Shown here in pieces: positions 41,474 through 53,344 of a stretch of 64,000 nt of DNA. The notes below the pieces were generated by a model. It was not told where the DNA came from, did not search any database, and saw only the letters and a program-made list of their open reading frames with translations. This stretch comes from Candidatus Sulfomarinibacteraceae bacterium (GTDB lineage Bacteria; Acidobacteriota; Thermoanaerobaculia; Thermoanaerobaculales; Sulfomarinibacteraceae), in the NCBI GenBank assembly GCA_963785275.1, contig CAWAUY010000004.1, forward strand, positions 477,782-541,781, written 5' to 3'. Both the position numbers and the translations under genes were made by a program. The stretch's first letter is position 1. Each line of letters starts with the position of its first letter.

Positions 41474-42750
41474 ATGCCCGTCGAAATCAAGATCCCGGAG
41501 GTCGGCGAGTCCATCACCGAAGGCGTGCTGGTGGAATGGTCCGCCAGCGACGGCGCAGTCGTCGCCGTCGAAGACCCACTGCTGGTTCTCGAGACCGACA
41601 AGATCACCATGAACGTCAACGCCGAACACGCCGGCCGACTCAAGATCGCTGGTGGCCGAAGGCGAAACGGTCGAGGTCGGCCAGGTGGTGGGCACGATCG
41701 ACACCGAGGCCGCCGCCGCCGAGCCTCCACCGGCAGCAGTCAAGCCGACACCTCCCGCCGCTGATACCGCGGCGCCACCGGCTGCAGCAGCTGAAGCCGC
41801 AGCTCCGCAGACTCCCCCCGTCGCCGACGGCTTGTCGCCTGCGGTCCAGCGCATGGTGCTCGAACACGGCGTCGATCCCAACCTCATCGAAGGCACAGGC
41901 AAGGGCGGGCGGATCCTCAAGGGCGACGTCATCCGCTATCATCGAGAGCCGCCTGCAGCAGCTCCGGAGACCGACTCCGGCACCAAAGGACGCCGCGCCA
42001 CCGGCCCCAACTCGCGGCGGCGGCCACACCACCGTCCGTCGCCGCCGGCGAGCGGCAGACCCGGGCGCCGATGTCCCGGCTTCGCCAGAGGCTCGCCGAG
42101 CGTCTGGTCGAGGTGCAGCACAACGCGGCCATCCTCACCACCTTCAACGAAGCCGACATGAGCGCGGTCATGAACCTCCGCTCTGCCTACAAGGAAGACT
42201 TTCAAAAAGCGCCACGGTATCGGCCTCGGCTTCATGTCGTTCTTCGTCAAGGCGGCGGTGGATGCTCTGAAGACGGTCCCCGGCGTCAACGCGTTCATCG
42301 AAGGTGACGAAATCGTCACCAACCACTACTACGACATCGGCGTCGCCGTCAGCACCGAAAAAGGCCTGGTCGTGCCGGTGGTTCGCGATGCCGACCAGCT
42401 TGTCGATGGCCGAGATCGAGGCCAGCATCGCCGATCTCGCCACGCGCGCCCAGGAACGGCGGCTCGAACTCTCCGATCTCACCGGGGCCGTCTTCACCAT
42501 CTCCAACGGCGGCGTCTTCGGTTCGCTGCTGTCGACCCCGATCCTCAATCCGCCGGGCAGCGCCATCCTCGGCATGCACTCGATCCAGAAGCGCCCCGTG
42601 GCGGTGGACGACGAGGTCGTGATCCGGCCGATGATGTACCTCGCCGTGTCCTACGACCACCGCATCATCGACGGCCGCGAGGCCGTCACGTTCCTCAAAC
42701 GCATCGTCGAGTGCATCGAGAACCCCGAACGCATGATGTTGGAGATTTGA
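41474..42750 (+). CDS. sucB: dihydrolipoyllysine-residue succinyltransferase (E2 of 2-oxoglutarate dehydrogenase); frameshifted
   Basis: aggaggga [25 protein letters not shown]...[14 protein letters not shown] is the lipoyl domain. [16 protein letters not shown] is the E3-binding segment. [28 protein letters not shown]...[14 protein letters not shown] is the catalytic domain. Confidence 0.9.
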
Positions 42751-44154
<1,404 letters not shown>

Positions 44155-44156
<2 letters not shown>

Positions 44157-44182
44157 ATTTCGGATTTCGGATTTCGGAATTG
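44155..44182. repeat. heptamer microsatellite (GAATTTC GGATTTC GGATTTC GGAATTG)
   Basis: Read directly. It starts inside the lpdA stop codon (TGA 44154-44156). Confidence 0.85.
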
Positions 44183-44189
44183 CCGGCGG

Positions 44190-44371
44190 GAGATTTCTCC
44201 GCTCGCTCGTTTCACTCGCTCGGTCAAAATGACGGAAGCACGTACTGAATCGGTCCGCGTGCGGTGGAGGTGCCTGGCTCACACATTGTCGAGGCCCTGG
44301 TCGACAATGTGGCCTGCCTGGCTCCTCTCGGGCACCGCGTGCGGACACGGCCCGCGTGCGGTGGCGGGTCC
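44190..44371. repeat. composite structured interspersed repeat, copy 3 (modules in different order)
   Basis: gagatttctccgctcgc..ctcggtcaaaatgac comes first. Then ggtccgcgtgcggtggaggtgcc and the hairpin cacattgtcga(44282-44292)/tcgacaatgtg(44301-44311). It ends with tggctcctctcggg caccgcgtgcggacac ggcccgcgtgcggtggcgggtcc. Confidence 0.65.
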
Positions 44372-44392
44372 GACACACGCTATAGTCGTGTC

Positions 44393-45377
44393 ATGCGCGC
44401 CATTATCTTCGACAATCCGGGCGACGAGTCGGTGCTTCGCGTTGCAGACGTTCCGCAACCGCTCTGCAGACCGACCGAGGTGAGAATCCGAGTGGCAGGC
44501 TCAGGGGTCAACCGGGCCGATCTCCTGCAACGAAAAGGGCTCTACCCCCCCCCCACGGCGCCTCCGACATCCTCGGGCTGGAATGCTCCGGCACGATCAT
44601 CGAGGTCGGGAACGAGGTTCGGCGGTTTTCGAGCCGGCGATCGAGCCATGGCCCTCCTGACCGGGGGCGGCTACGCAGAAGAGGTCGTGACCCCGGCGGA
44701 CACCGTGATGAGTGTTCCCTCGTGCATCAGTGACGTCGACGCAGGCGGCGTCCCGGAGGTCTTTCTCACCGCGTTTCTCAACCTCTTCATGCTCGGCGGG
44801 CTGGGCAGCGGCCAGAACGGCACTGGTCCACGGCGGCAGCGGCGGTGTCGGCACCGCAGCCATCCAGCTGATTCGCGGCGCCGGCGCTCGAAGCGCTGGT
44901 GACGGCCGGGTCGGAAACGCGTTGCGAGCGGTGTCGCAGAGCTCGGCGCCGAGCGCGCCTTCAACTACCGGAACAACGACTGGGTCAAGGAGTGCTCGAT
45001 GCCACCGATGGGGGCGGCGTCGACGTCGTGCTCGACTGTGTCGGCGCACCATACCTCGACCACCACCTCGAAGTGCTCGCGGCTCGGCGGCCGGTTGGTG
45101 GTGATCGGTCTCCAGGGGGGTGGCCAGGCCGCTCTCGACCTTGCGGCTGATCATGAGGAAGCGCCTGACCATCATCGGTTCGACCCTCCGAGCCCGACCC
45201 GTGGCAGAAAAGGGAGGCATCGTGTCCGCGTTTCGGCAACGTTTCGGAGAAGGCCTCGAAAGCGGTGCTATCCGCCCGATCGTCGACCGCATCCTCCCGT
45301 TCGATCGTGCCGCCGAGGCCCACCGCCTGCTCGCCACGGGCGAGATCTTCGGCAAGCTCATCCTCACCCCGAGTTGA
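44393..45377 (+). CDS. qor: NAD(P)H:quinone oxidoreductase, zinc-independent MDR family; frameshifted
   Basis: MRAIIFDNPGDESVLRVADVPQP..EVRIRVAGSGVNRADLLQRKGLYPPP, AMALLTGGGYAEEVV, VHGGSGGVGTAAIQL and the C-terminal HRLLATGEIFGKLILTPS*. Confidence 0.8.
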
Positions 45378-45392
45378 CGGAACCGGCGCCCC

Positions 45393-46256
45393 TCAGGGCC
45401 GACACATCGCAGGCACCAATTCGCAAAAGGCCGCCCACAGCTCGTCTTCACGCGAGGTATCGAGACCGACAAGCGGCGGCCGGGTGGCGTACTCGCCAAG
45501 CCCGCGCGACGGAGGATCGCCTTGACGGATGGACCGAGACCGTAGGCCTCGAGCAGACCGCGCACGGCGTCGAGTTGCTGCTGCTCCTCCTCGCCGCGAT
45601 GCGCCCGCGCGACCAGAGCCGGCGCGACGCTCGCTGCAGCGCTGATGCTGCCGCTGCCACCCGCGCGTGAGCAGGCCGTCACGAGGCGGTCGGTACCCGA
45701 CCATGTAGACCCGGTCTGAAAACCGCTCGCTGAGCCTTGCGAGTTCGGCGGGATCGCCCGAACTGTCCTTGACCCCCGCGAGGCGGGGGTGGCCGTCGAT
45801 CGCATCGAGCAGTTCCTCCGAAATCGGCACCCCGGTGACCTGAGGTATGTGGTACAGCAGAACCGGGAGCTTGGCGTGATCGAGCACCTCCCGAAGAAAG
45901 CTGCGAAACCCGCGGTCGGGGCCGCTCGAAAATAGAATGGCGGTGGGCACAAGACTGACATCGTAGTCAAAGACAGCCGCCGCTGCGACCATCTCCAGCA
46001 CCTCGACGAGCGAGCACGACCCGACCCCGAGCATCAGCCGGAGTCCAGAATCCGACGCCGCAGCGGCCTCCGCCACCTGCAGCCTTTCCGCCAAGCGAAA
46101 GCGAGGGGAACTCGCCGTTGGTCCCGAGGACCAGCGCTCCGTCAAGACCCTGTGACGGCCAGCCAGGTGAGATGAGACTGCAGGGCCACAGGCGTCGAAC
46201 TCGAACCGATCGTCAAGCGGTGTCGGGACCGGGGCATAGGCACCTCGTGGCAGCAT
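45393..46256 (-). CDS. dihydrodipicolinate synthase family class I aldolase; frameshifted
   Basis: MLPRGAYAPVPTPLDD.., LGTNGEF-type segment in an alternate frame, LPVLLYHIPQVTGVPIS and LAGVKDSSGD (the Schiff-base Lys position). The specific substrate is not assignable. Confidence 0.7.
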   Translation of the reverse strand: MLPRGAYAPVPTPLDDRFEFDACGPAVSSHLAGRHRVLTERWSSGPTASSPRFRLAERLQVAEAAAASDSGLRLMLGVGSCSLVEVLEMVAAAAVFDYDVSLVPTAILFSSGPDRGFRSFLREVLDHAKLPVLLYHIPQVTGVPISEELLDAIDGHPRLAGVKDSSGDPAELARLSERFSDRVYMVGYRPPRDGLLTRGWQRQHQRCSERRAGSGRAGASRRGGAAATRRRARSARGLRSRSIRQGDPPSRGLGEYATRPPLVGLDTSREDELWAAFCELVPAMCRP

Positions 46257-46359
46257 GGGTCATCATCCTCCGGACGCGGATTTTAACAGCGGATTCACAG
46301 TGCTGCTCAACGGTCGTCGGGCCGCCGTTCCGTATAATTGAAGGTCACGGAAGAAATCC

Positions 46360-47239
46360 GTGTTGGAGGGCGCGTCCCGATGTTTCATCGCTATTTTCAT
46401 TCCGGTTGTTCTCTCGCTGCTCGCGGCTGCTGCCGTCGACTGCCGGCGAGCTGGTGCTCCCGGTCTTTGCACTCAACCTCGATGGTCGCCACGGCGATCG
46501 CTGGAGCTCGGAACTCTATCTCACCAACCCCGGCGATCAACCGGTCCTCGTCGAGCTCATCCGATGTTTCTCCCCGGCAACATCGAGAAATCCACACCGT
46601 GCAATCTCTTCATGACGCCGACCCGGGTCGTTCCGCCGCAGTCGGCGACGGTGTGGACCGCGGCCGGTCTCGCCACCGATCTCGGCTGTGCGGACTCGGC
46701 CCGCGGCGGTCTGGTCCTGCGGGCGGACGGACCGCTGCACGTGACCAGCCGGCTCGTCAACCTCAGGGAGAGTGAAAAAGGCAACCCGGGAGCGGTCCTG
46801 TCGGGCCGCGGAGAGGCCTTCGACGCCATCGCCGATCGATCAGACTCCCCGCTGCGGGCGCCCACCTGTTGCCGGCCCTGATGTGGCACCGCAACCCTTG
46901 TGACGGCCCCCCGGAGTTCGAGACCGTGGTCGGTTTCGCCAACCCCGGCGCCGACACCGTCGAGGTAGTGCTCGACGTACCGCACGAGCTCGGACGCTCC
47001 GTCACTCATCGACGGTCGAGAGGTCTTCCTCCCCCACCGGTTCGGAGGTCGGGGGCGGATCGTGGCAGCAGTTCAGGCTGGCGCCCCGCAGGGACGCGTT
47101 GGCGTCGGAGTGCGGCGGCGTCGAGAGCTTTCTGGTGCGGATCGAACTGTCGGGCCCGGTCGCGGTTTATGCGTCGGTCATCGACCGCAAGAGCGGCGAC
47201 CCGCGGACGGTCACGCCGGTCCCGCTGGCCTCTCCCTAG
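46360..47239 (+). CDS. hypothetical secreted protein with two W-x(3)-L-x-L-x-NPG beta-rich repeats; frameshifted
   Basis: FIAIFIPVVLSLLAAAAV is signal-like. GELVLPVFALNLDGRHGDRWSSELYLTNPGDQPVLVEL is followed by a second unit, EFETVVGFANPGADTVEVVLDV. The end ...DPRTVTPVPLASP* is reached in a third frame. Confidence 0.45.
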
Positions 47240-47249
47240 GAGCTCCGCT

Positions 47250-47587
47250 TCAGGTCAGGGGCAACGCCGGCTGCCCCCGCGGTTTGACGATCCAGGCGAG
47301 CCTGAAGACGCCCTCGCCAAGCGGGATCAGCTCGAACCGCGGCGGCCGGTTCTTCTCCCACTTCTCGAGGTCGTTGCGGGCCAGGAACACCCTGATCCGC
47401 GGCGATCGCAGCTCCGGGGAACCCTCCCAGAAACTCGGGGTCAACGGGATCTCCGCCGGGTCACGACTCGTCCGGCAGATACACGCTCACCGTCGTCCAC
47501 TCCGGCCGGAAATTGAGGCTCACGTCTTCCTCGAGGACCCGAAGTCCGTAGGTGCTGTGGCCGTCATACGCAGGCGGAAACGATCAT
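47250..47587 (-). CDS. small hypothetical protein directly after pfkA; frameshifted
   Basis: ATG 47587 abuts the pfkA stop (TAG 47588-47590). MIVSA.., YDGHSTYGLRVLEEDVSLNFRPEWTTVSVYLPDES and SFWEGSPELRSPRIRVFLARNDLEKWEKNRPPRFELIPLGEGVFRLAWIV are protein-like, but I do not recognise a family. Confidence 0.3.
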
Positions 47588-48702
47588 CTACATCTCCGGA
47601 GCCATCATCGCCAAAGCTCGATTCCGAGATCGCGGGCCGTCAACATGGTGTCGCAGTCGAGCGGCACCGACTTCATGCGTTCGGTCGCCTCTTCCAGAGG
47701 CACCGCCAGAACCGTCGGCGGATCCAGGGCGACCATGACGTTGAATCGCCGTTCTGCCACCATCCGCACCGCAGCGGCGCCGAACCTGAGGGCCAGGAGC
47801 CGGTCGAAGGTCGTCGGGTCCGCCGCCGCGCTGGAGGTGGCCGAGGACCACCGTCCGCGTCTCTTTGCCGGTCGTTCTCTGGATCTCGCGCGCGCCACGG
47901 CGCAACTGATCCCGCCGAGCAGACTTCTCCCGGCCCTGCGCCCTGGTCCTTCGCCACCATCTCGCCGTCGCGCGGTCTCGCCCCTTCGGCGGCAACGACG
48001 ATGGAAAAGCGGCGGCCCTCTGGCTTCGCGATCCATGATCTTGTCGCAGACCGAATCGATGTCGTAGGGGATCTCCGGGAATCAGAACCACGTCCGCGGT
48101 CGCCGACACACCCGAGTGGAGGGCGATCCACCCGGCGTAGCGGCCCATGACCTCGACCACGAAAACCCGCTCGTGGGCTTCGGCCGTCGAGTGCAGGCGG
48201 TCGATGGCCTCGGTGGCGACGGTCACGGCGGTGTCGAAACCGAACGTGACGACCGTTCCGGAGAGATCGTTGTCGATGGTCTTGGGCACGCCGACTATCG
48301 GCATGCCCTTGGCGACCAGACCGTTGGCGATCCGCATCGAACCGTCGCCGCCGATCGCGATCAGGGCGTCGATCTTGAGCCTGCGGAAATTCTCGACCAC
48401 CTCGTCCGAGCGATCCACCAGACCGATCTCGCCGCCGGGGAGCTTGACCGGGTACTCGAAGGGGCTGTTGCGGTTGGTGGTGCCGAGGATGGTCCCCCGA
48501 GGTGGGTGATGCCGCGCACCGAGTCGCGGTCGAGCTGCATGATCTTCGTGGTGTCGAGAAGGCCCTCGTAGCCCTTGCGGATTCCCAGCACCTCCCAGCC
48601 CCTGCGCAGGGCCGACAGGACGATGGAGCGGATCACTGCGTTCAGTCCCGGTGCATCGCCGCCTCCGGTGTTGACCGCGATCCTGCGAATCTCTTCGCCC
48701 AT
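47588..48702 (-). CDS. pfkA: ATP-dependent 6-phosphofructokinase; frameshifted
   Basis: ggaggt RBS. MGEEIRRIAVNTGGGDAPGLNAVIRS, LIAIGGDGSMRIA (GGDGS favours ATP rather than PPi), GVPKTIDNDL, VVEVMGRYAGWIAL and RFSIVVAAEGA. Confidence 0.85.
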
Positions 48703-48728
48703 CAGACCTCCGTTCAAGGTTTTGCAGA

Positions 48729-48755
48729 ATTGTAGCGCATCCATAGCGCTCACAA
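48729..48755 (-). promoter_or_regulatory. promoter candidate for pfkA
   Basis: On the minus strand, TTGTGA (48755-48750), a 15-nt spacer, then TACAAT (48734-48729). It lies between the mdh terminator and the pfkA RBS. The spacer is short. Confidence 0.3.
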
Positions 48756-48783
48756 CGTGCTCTGAACGTATGAACGTTTAATC

Positions 48784-48810
48784 AAAAAAGCCCCCTGCGG
48801 TGCAGGGGGC
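48784..48810 (-). terminator. intrinsic terminator of mdh
   Basis: The minus strand reads gccccctgc-acc-gcagggggc followed by TTTTTTG, 25 nt after the mdh stop. Confidence 0.8.
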
Positions 48811-48834
48811 GCTGAGATTGATTGCTGTGCGGGA

Positions 48835-49846
48835 TCAGAGATTGGCGAGCATGCCGTCCACTTCGCCGCAGGTCTTGCTGACCGCTTCCACCGAGTGGGC
48901 GAACGCCGCCTTCTCGTCATCGGTGAGGTCGATCTCGATGACCTGCTCGACGCCGTTGGCGCCGACGATCGCCGGAACGCCGACAAACAGGCCGTTGACG
49001 CCGTACTCGCCCTCGAGCTTGGCGCACACCGGGATGATCTTGCGTTTGTCGAAGATGATCGCCTCGGCCATCTCGAGCGCGGCCCACGCCGGCGACACGA
49101 AGGCGGAACCGAAACCGAGCAGACCGACCACCTCGCCGCCCGCCTTGCGGGTGCGGGCTCTCGATGGCGGCCAGGGTCTCTTCGTCGAGGAACTTGGTGA
49201 CGGGAATACCGCCGACCAGGCACGACGAACGCACCGGCACCATGGTGTCGCCGTGGCCGCCGAGCACCATGGCGTTGACGTTCTCGACCGAGACGTTGGC
49301 CGCCTCGGCAACGAAGTAGCAGTAGCGGCCGGAATCGAGCTGCCCGGCCATACCGAAGAGCTTGCCCTTGGGCGGCGCGAGCGCCTTGTCGAGGGTGTAG
49401 ACGATGGCGTCCAGGGGGTTGGCGATCGAGATGATAGTCGCGTTGGGGCAGTACTGCTTGATGCCCTCGGCAACCTGCTTGGTGACCTTGAGGTTGATGG
49501 TCAGAAGCTCTTCGCGGGTCGGGAAGGTGCCGTCGGGACGCGCCTTGCGCGGCACGCCGGCGGTGTTGATGATGAGGTCTGCGTCGGCGATGGCCGAATA
49601 GTCCTTGGAACCGTGGCAACGGACGTCGGTGCGGATCGTCGGGGTGCCCTCGGCGATGTCGAGGCACTTGCCCTTGGAGACCGACTGTTTGGCGACGACT
49701 TCCTGCCGCTCCGGCGGGTCGTCCGGGTTCACGAAAGGGGCCGGGTCGACCAGCCCGACCTCGCGCGCGAGCCGGCGCTGGACAATCTCCTGGGTCAGCA
49801 CGCCACCGATATATCCGCCACCGATGAGACCGATCTTTTTGAGCAT
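48835..49846 (-). CDS. mdh: malate dehydrogenase, LDH-like family, with loop insertions; one frameshift near 49150
   Basis: aaggagga RBS. MLKKIGLIGGGYIGG, LVD, LIINTAGVPRKARPDGTFPTREELL, IISIANPLD, LGGHGDTMVP, and the C-terminal LEGEYGVNGLFVGVPAIVGANGVEQVIEIDL. Confidence 0.9.
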
Positions 49847-50016
49847 GGTCATCCTCCTTATATCGCTGCCGACCCGTTCCGACCTTGTCCGTCGCGCGCC
49901 ACGCGTCGGGCGTGTGAAAATTTGCACGAGTCGCCGTGCCGCAGAAGAATACCACTTTGCGGCCCACGTTGTGGAGATCGAAACATCGACTGAAAGTCTC
50001 TTCAAACGAGCAAGAA

Positions 50017-50496
50017 TCAGTCGTCGTCGCCAGGCTTCCTTGATCCGAGCAACAGATCGAGCCCGGCATCGAACACGCTGCCGCCCTTGCGCAGGATCTC
50101 CCCGCCCGCGCGGCCCACGGCCTCGCCGGTCACCGCCGACGCGATCCCCTCGCTGATTCCGGATCGAACCTGCTCGCGCAACCGGGGCAGCGCGCTGTCG
50201 ACAGCGTCTTCGACGCCTCCCTGAACCTCGCCGCGCAGTCTCGGAAGAATCGCCTCTCCCGCCTCACCGACCCCGCCGGCGACCTGTTGCCGCACGTGCG
50301 GCAGGGCCTCGGCGACAGCCTCCTGGACAGCCCGCCGCACCTTGTCCGCAACCACATCGCCGGCGGCGTCGAGCATCGCAGTCAGCCGAGATTGCAGGAG
50401 GCGTCCCGCCAGGAACCAGAGCAGGCCGGCCGTCAGCAGTGCGGTGAAAACCCCGGTTCCCGCCGCGAACATGAGAGTCGAGGTGGAAGATCCCAT
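50017..50496 (-). CDS. membrane-anchored protein with three tandem 19-residue repeats, operonic with oleD
   Basis: The ORF is intact. GGAG lies 6 nt before ATG 50496, which is 12 nt after the oleD stop. The TM helix is LMFAAGTGVFTALLTAGLLWFLAG. The repeats are ALPHVRQQVAGGVGEAGEA, ILPRLRGEVQGGVEDAVDS and ALPRLREQVRSGISEGIAS. Confidence 0.55.
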   Translation of the reverse strand: MGSSTSTLMFAAGTGVFTALLTAGLLWFLAGRLLQSRLTAMLDAAGDVVADKVRRAVQEAVAEALPHVRQQVAGGVGEAGEAILPRLRGEVQGGVEDAVDSALPRLREQVRSGISEGIASAVTGEAVGRAGGEILRKGGSVFDAGLDLLLGSRKPGDDD

Positions 50497-50508
50497 AGTC
50501 GGCTCCAA

Positions 50509-51503
50509 TCAACTCTGGTCGCCAAACCACCGCCGGAGATTTTCCAGCCCGTCGGTGATGGAGACCTTCGGTTCATAGCCGAGATCACGGCGCGCCGCCG
50601 AGATGTCGAACCAGTGGGCGGTCGCGAAGTTGCGGGCGATGAATCGCGTCATCGGCGGCCCGTTTTTGAAAGGTCGAATGCCTTCAACAGTCTCGAAGAC
50701 CGCTCCCGCGGCGAGCGCAAGACCGAGCGGCACGGACCGCGTCCTCCGGCGGCAGCCCGGCCGCGCCGAGAATGCCGTTGATGATCTTCTTGAGCGGCCA
50801 CGGATCGCCGTTGCTGATGAAATAGGCACGACCGGCGCACGCATGACCCGGCGCCAGCCTTTCGGCGGCCAGCAGGTGGGCGTCGACCACGTTGTCGATA
50901 TAGGTGGTGTCGACCAGATTGGCACCGCCGCCGACAAAGCGGAGTCGGCCCGATCGCGCCCTCTCGACGAGTTGGGGTACCAGGTTCGTGTCTTCCGGGC
51001 CCCAGATCAGTCGCGGCCGGAGTGCAACCGTCGACAGGTCGTCGTCGTTGGCCGCCAAAACCGCCATCTCGGCCATCGCCTTGGTCTGCGGGTAGGCGGC
51101 GTCGAAGTGCTCCGGGTAGGGCTCCGACTCATCGACACCGGCGAGGTCGCCCCCGGCGGTGGACGACGCTCGGCGTGCTGGTGAAGACCAACTTCGGCAC
51201 GCCGTGGCGCCGCACGGCGGCCAGCACGTTCTCGGTACCGATAACATTGGTCCGGTGAAACGGCTCGTAGGCGCCCCAGGGGTCGACCTTGGCCGCAACG
51301 TGAAAGACGATTCCGGAGTCCTCGACGGCGCGATCGACGACAGCGCGATCTGCGATATCTCCCCTGATCTGTTCGACGCCGAGCTCATCGAGTTGCGGGT
51401 AGCGGCCCCGTTGCAGAGAGCGCACCTCGGTGCCGCTTCCGACGAGGCGGCGCACGATGGCGCCGCCAAGAAACCCGCCACCACCCGTGACCAGCGCCTT
51501 CAT
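50509..51503 (-). CDS. oleD: OleD, NAD(P)H-dependent 2-alkyl-3-ketoalkanoate reductase (3beta-HSD/epimerase family); frameshifted
   Basis: [37 protein letters not shown] (YxxxK), [53 protein letters not shown] and AYFISNG. The ATG overlaps the oleC stop (ATGA). It is fourth in the oleABCD order. Confidence 0.8.
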
Positions 51504-53154
51504 CGCTTCACCTTCGGTTCGGCCCAGCAGCCAGCGCGGATCGCCCGATCTTTGCGTTGTGGCGGATGTCGACCGGGAAGCCAGAGTGAAACAGGACCGT
51601 GTCGATGTCCCGGGTGTGGTCGAAACGAGGCGCCGATCTCCAGGAGTTCTCCCCGAATCCGCTCGTGCTCGCGTGCCGGCGATGTTCGACTCGAGTTCGA
51701 CACACAGCACCGGTGTTTGTGCGCCGGCTTCACCGACACCCACCAATGCCGTGCGGTAGACCTCCGGGTGGGTGTTGAAAACCGACTCGCAGGGCACCGT
51801 GTAGAGATCGCCACCAGCGGTCCGCACCCGTCTGAGACTTACGGCCGCAAAACCACAACCGACCGCTCTCGTCGAAGTATCCGAGATCGCCCATGCGGTG
51901 GCGCACTCCCCCATCGTCCGCGATTTTCGCGAGGGCAGTGTGGGTCGGTGCGTTGAAGTACTCCCAGCGTCACCTGCGGTCCCTTGACGACGATCTCACC
52001 GATCTCCCCGGTCGCGACCTCGAGCTCTTCGCTCCACGCAGCGATCGGTTCGTCGTCGATGCCGATCACCGCAGCCTCGATCGACGGCACCGGCCGGCCG
52101 ACGCAGGTGCCCGGCGCCGCGGTCGGTCGCGTGGCGGGTCTCGCCCAGGATCTCGTGGCTCGATGTGATGGCCACGGGCAGTGACTCGGTGGCTCCATAC
52201 GGCGTGAAGATCGCGGCATCCCCGGTCAACATCGACTGAAACGCTTTCGATCACCCTCGGCGAAACCGGGGCGCCGGCGGAAATCACCCGCCTCAGCGTC
52301 GGCAGCGTGACGCCGTGATTCTGCGCCCCACCGGCCGACGGTGTCGAGGAGGGCCGGAGAACCGAACATGGTGGTCACGCCGAACTCCCGGATCGGTTCG
52401 ATGATCTTTGCCGGATCGACCCGTGCAGGCCGCGTCGGGTCCATGTCGGGCACTACCGTGGTCATGCCGAGGGCCGGGTCGAAGAGGGCGAAGAGCGGAA
52501 AGGTCGGCAGGTTGACCTCGCCGGGCTCGATCGAGAAGGCCTCGCGAATCGCATCGACCTGTGCGGTGAAATTGCGATGGCGGTAGACCACGCCCTTTGG
52601 GCGGTCCGGTGCTGCCGGAAGTGAAGACGATCGCGGCCACATCGTCCGCGGCCGTCGCGGCGATCGCGTCCGCCGGCCGTGAAGCTCCCAGAGCCTCCAC
52701 TCCCTCGAGCGTCTCGCCGCCCCAGAACCACCGCCTCCCCACCGTGACCTTCGTCCGAATGGTGTCGCGGGCCCACCCCAGAACCACGCGCGCTGCATGG
52801 GCTTTGGAGACTCCGATAAAGGCTCGCCGGCTGGGCGTTCCCCAGACACGCCTTGAGATGTTTGAGACCGATACCCGGGGTCCACCAGCACCGGCACGGC
52901 GCCGGCCTTGAAGAGCGCGAAGGCGAGGGCGAAGAGATCGAGTCCCGGCGGCACCATCAGCACCGTTCGCACGCCGCGACCGATCCCGATGGACTCGAGA
53001 CCGCGGGCGATGTGGTTGGTGCGGTCCTCCAGCTGGCGGTAGGTCAGCCGCCCACCGCGCCGCCCCCACGGGCAGATGATGGCCGGGGCGTCGGGCTGCC
53101 GCGCCGCCATCTCCGGCAGGAAATCCGCAATGTTCGATTTCTTCGGTCGTCATG
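51500..53154 (-). CDS. oleC: OleC, AMP-dependent synthetase family beta-lactone synthetase; many frameshifts
   Basis: [42 protein letters not shown] (the AMP motif), [44 protein letters not shown] and [11 protein letters not shown]. Confidence 0.8.
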
Positions 53155-53344
53155 CAGTTGCCCCAGACTTCGAGTCGCACGGTTTCCGAGAAAGAGGGGT
53201 CTCGTCGCACTCGCTTCCGACTTCGCCGATGAAGCACGCACCGAGAAGCCGCTCGACGAACTCGACAGGCTATTGAACGTTTCGACAGATGGAGGTCGTC
53301 GCGTGCTCCCCCGCCCCTCCATGCTCCACTCGCCCCTCACTTCT

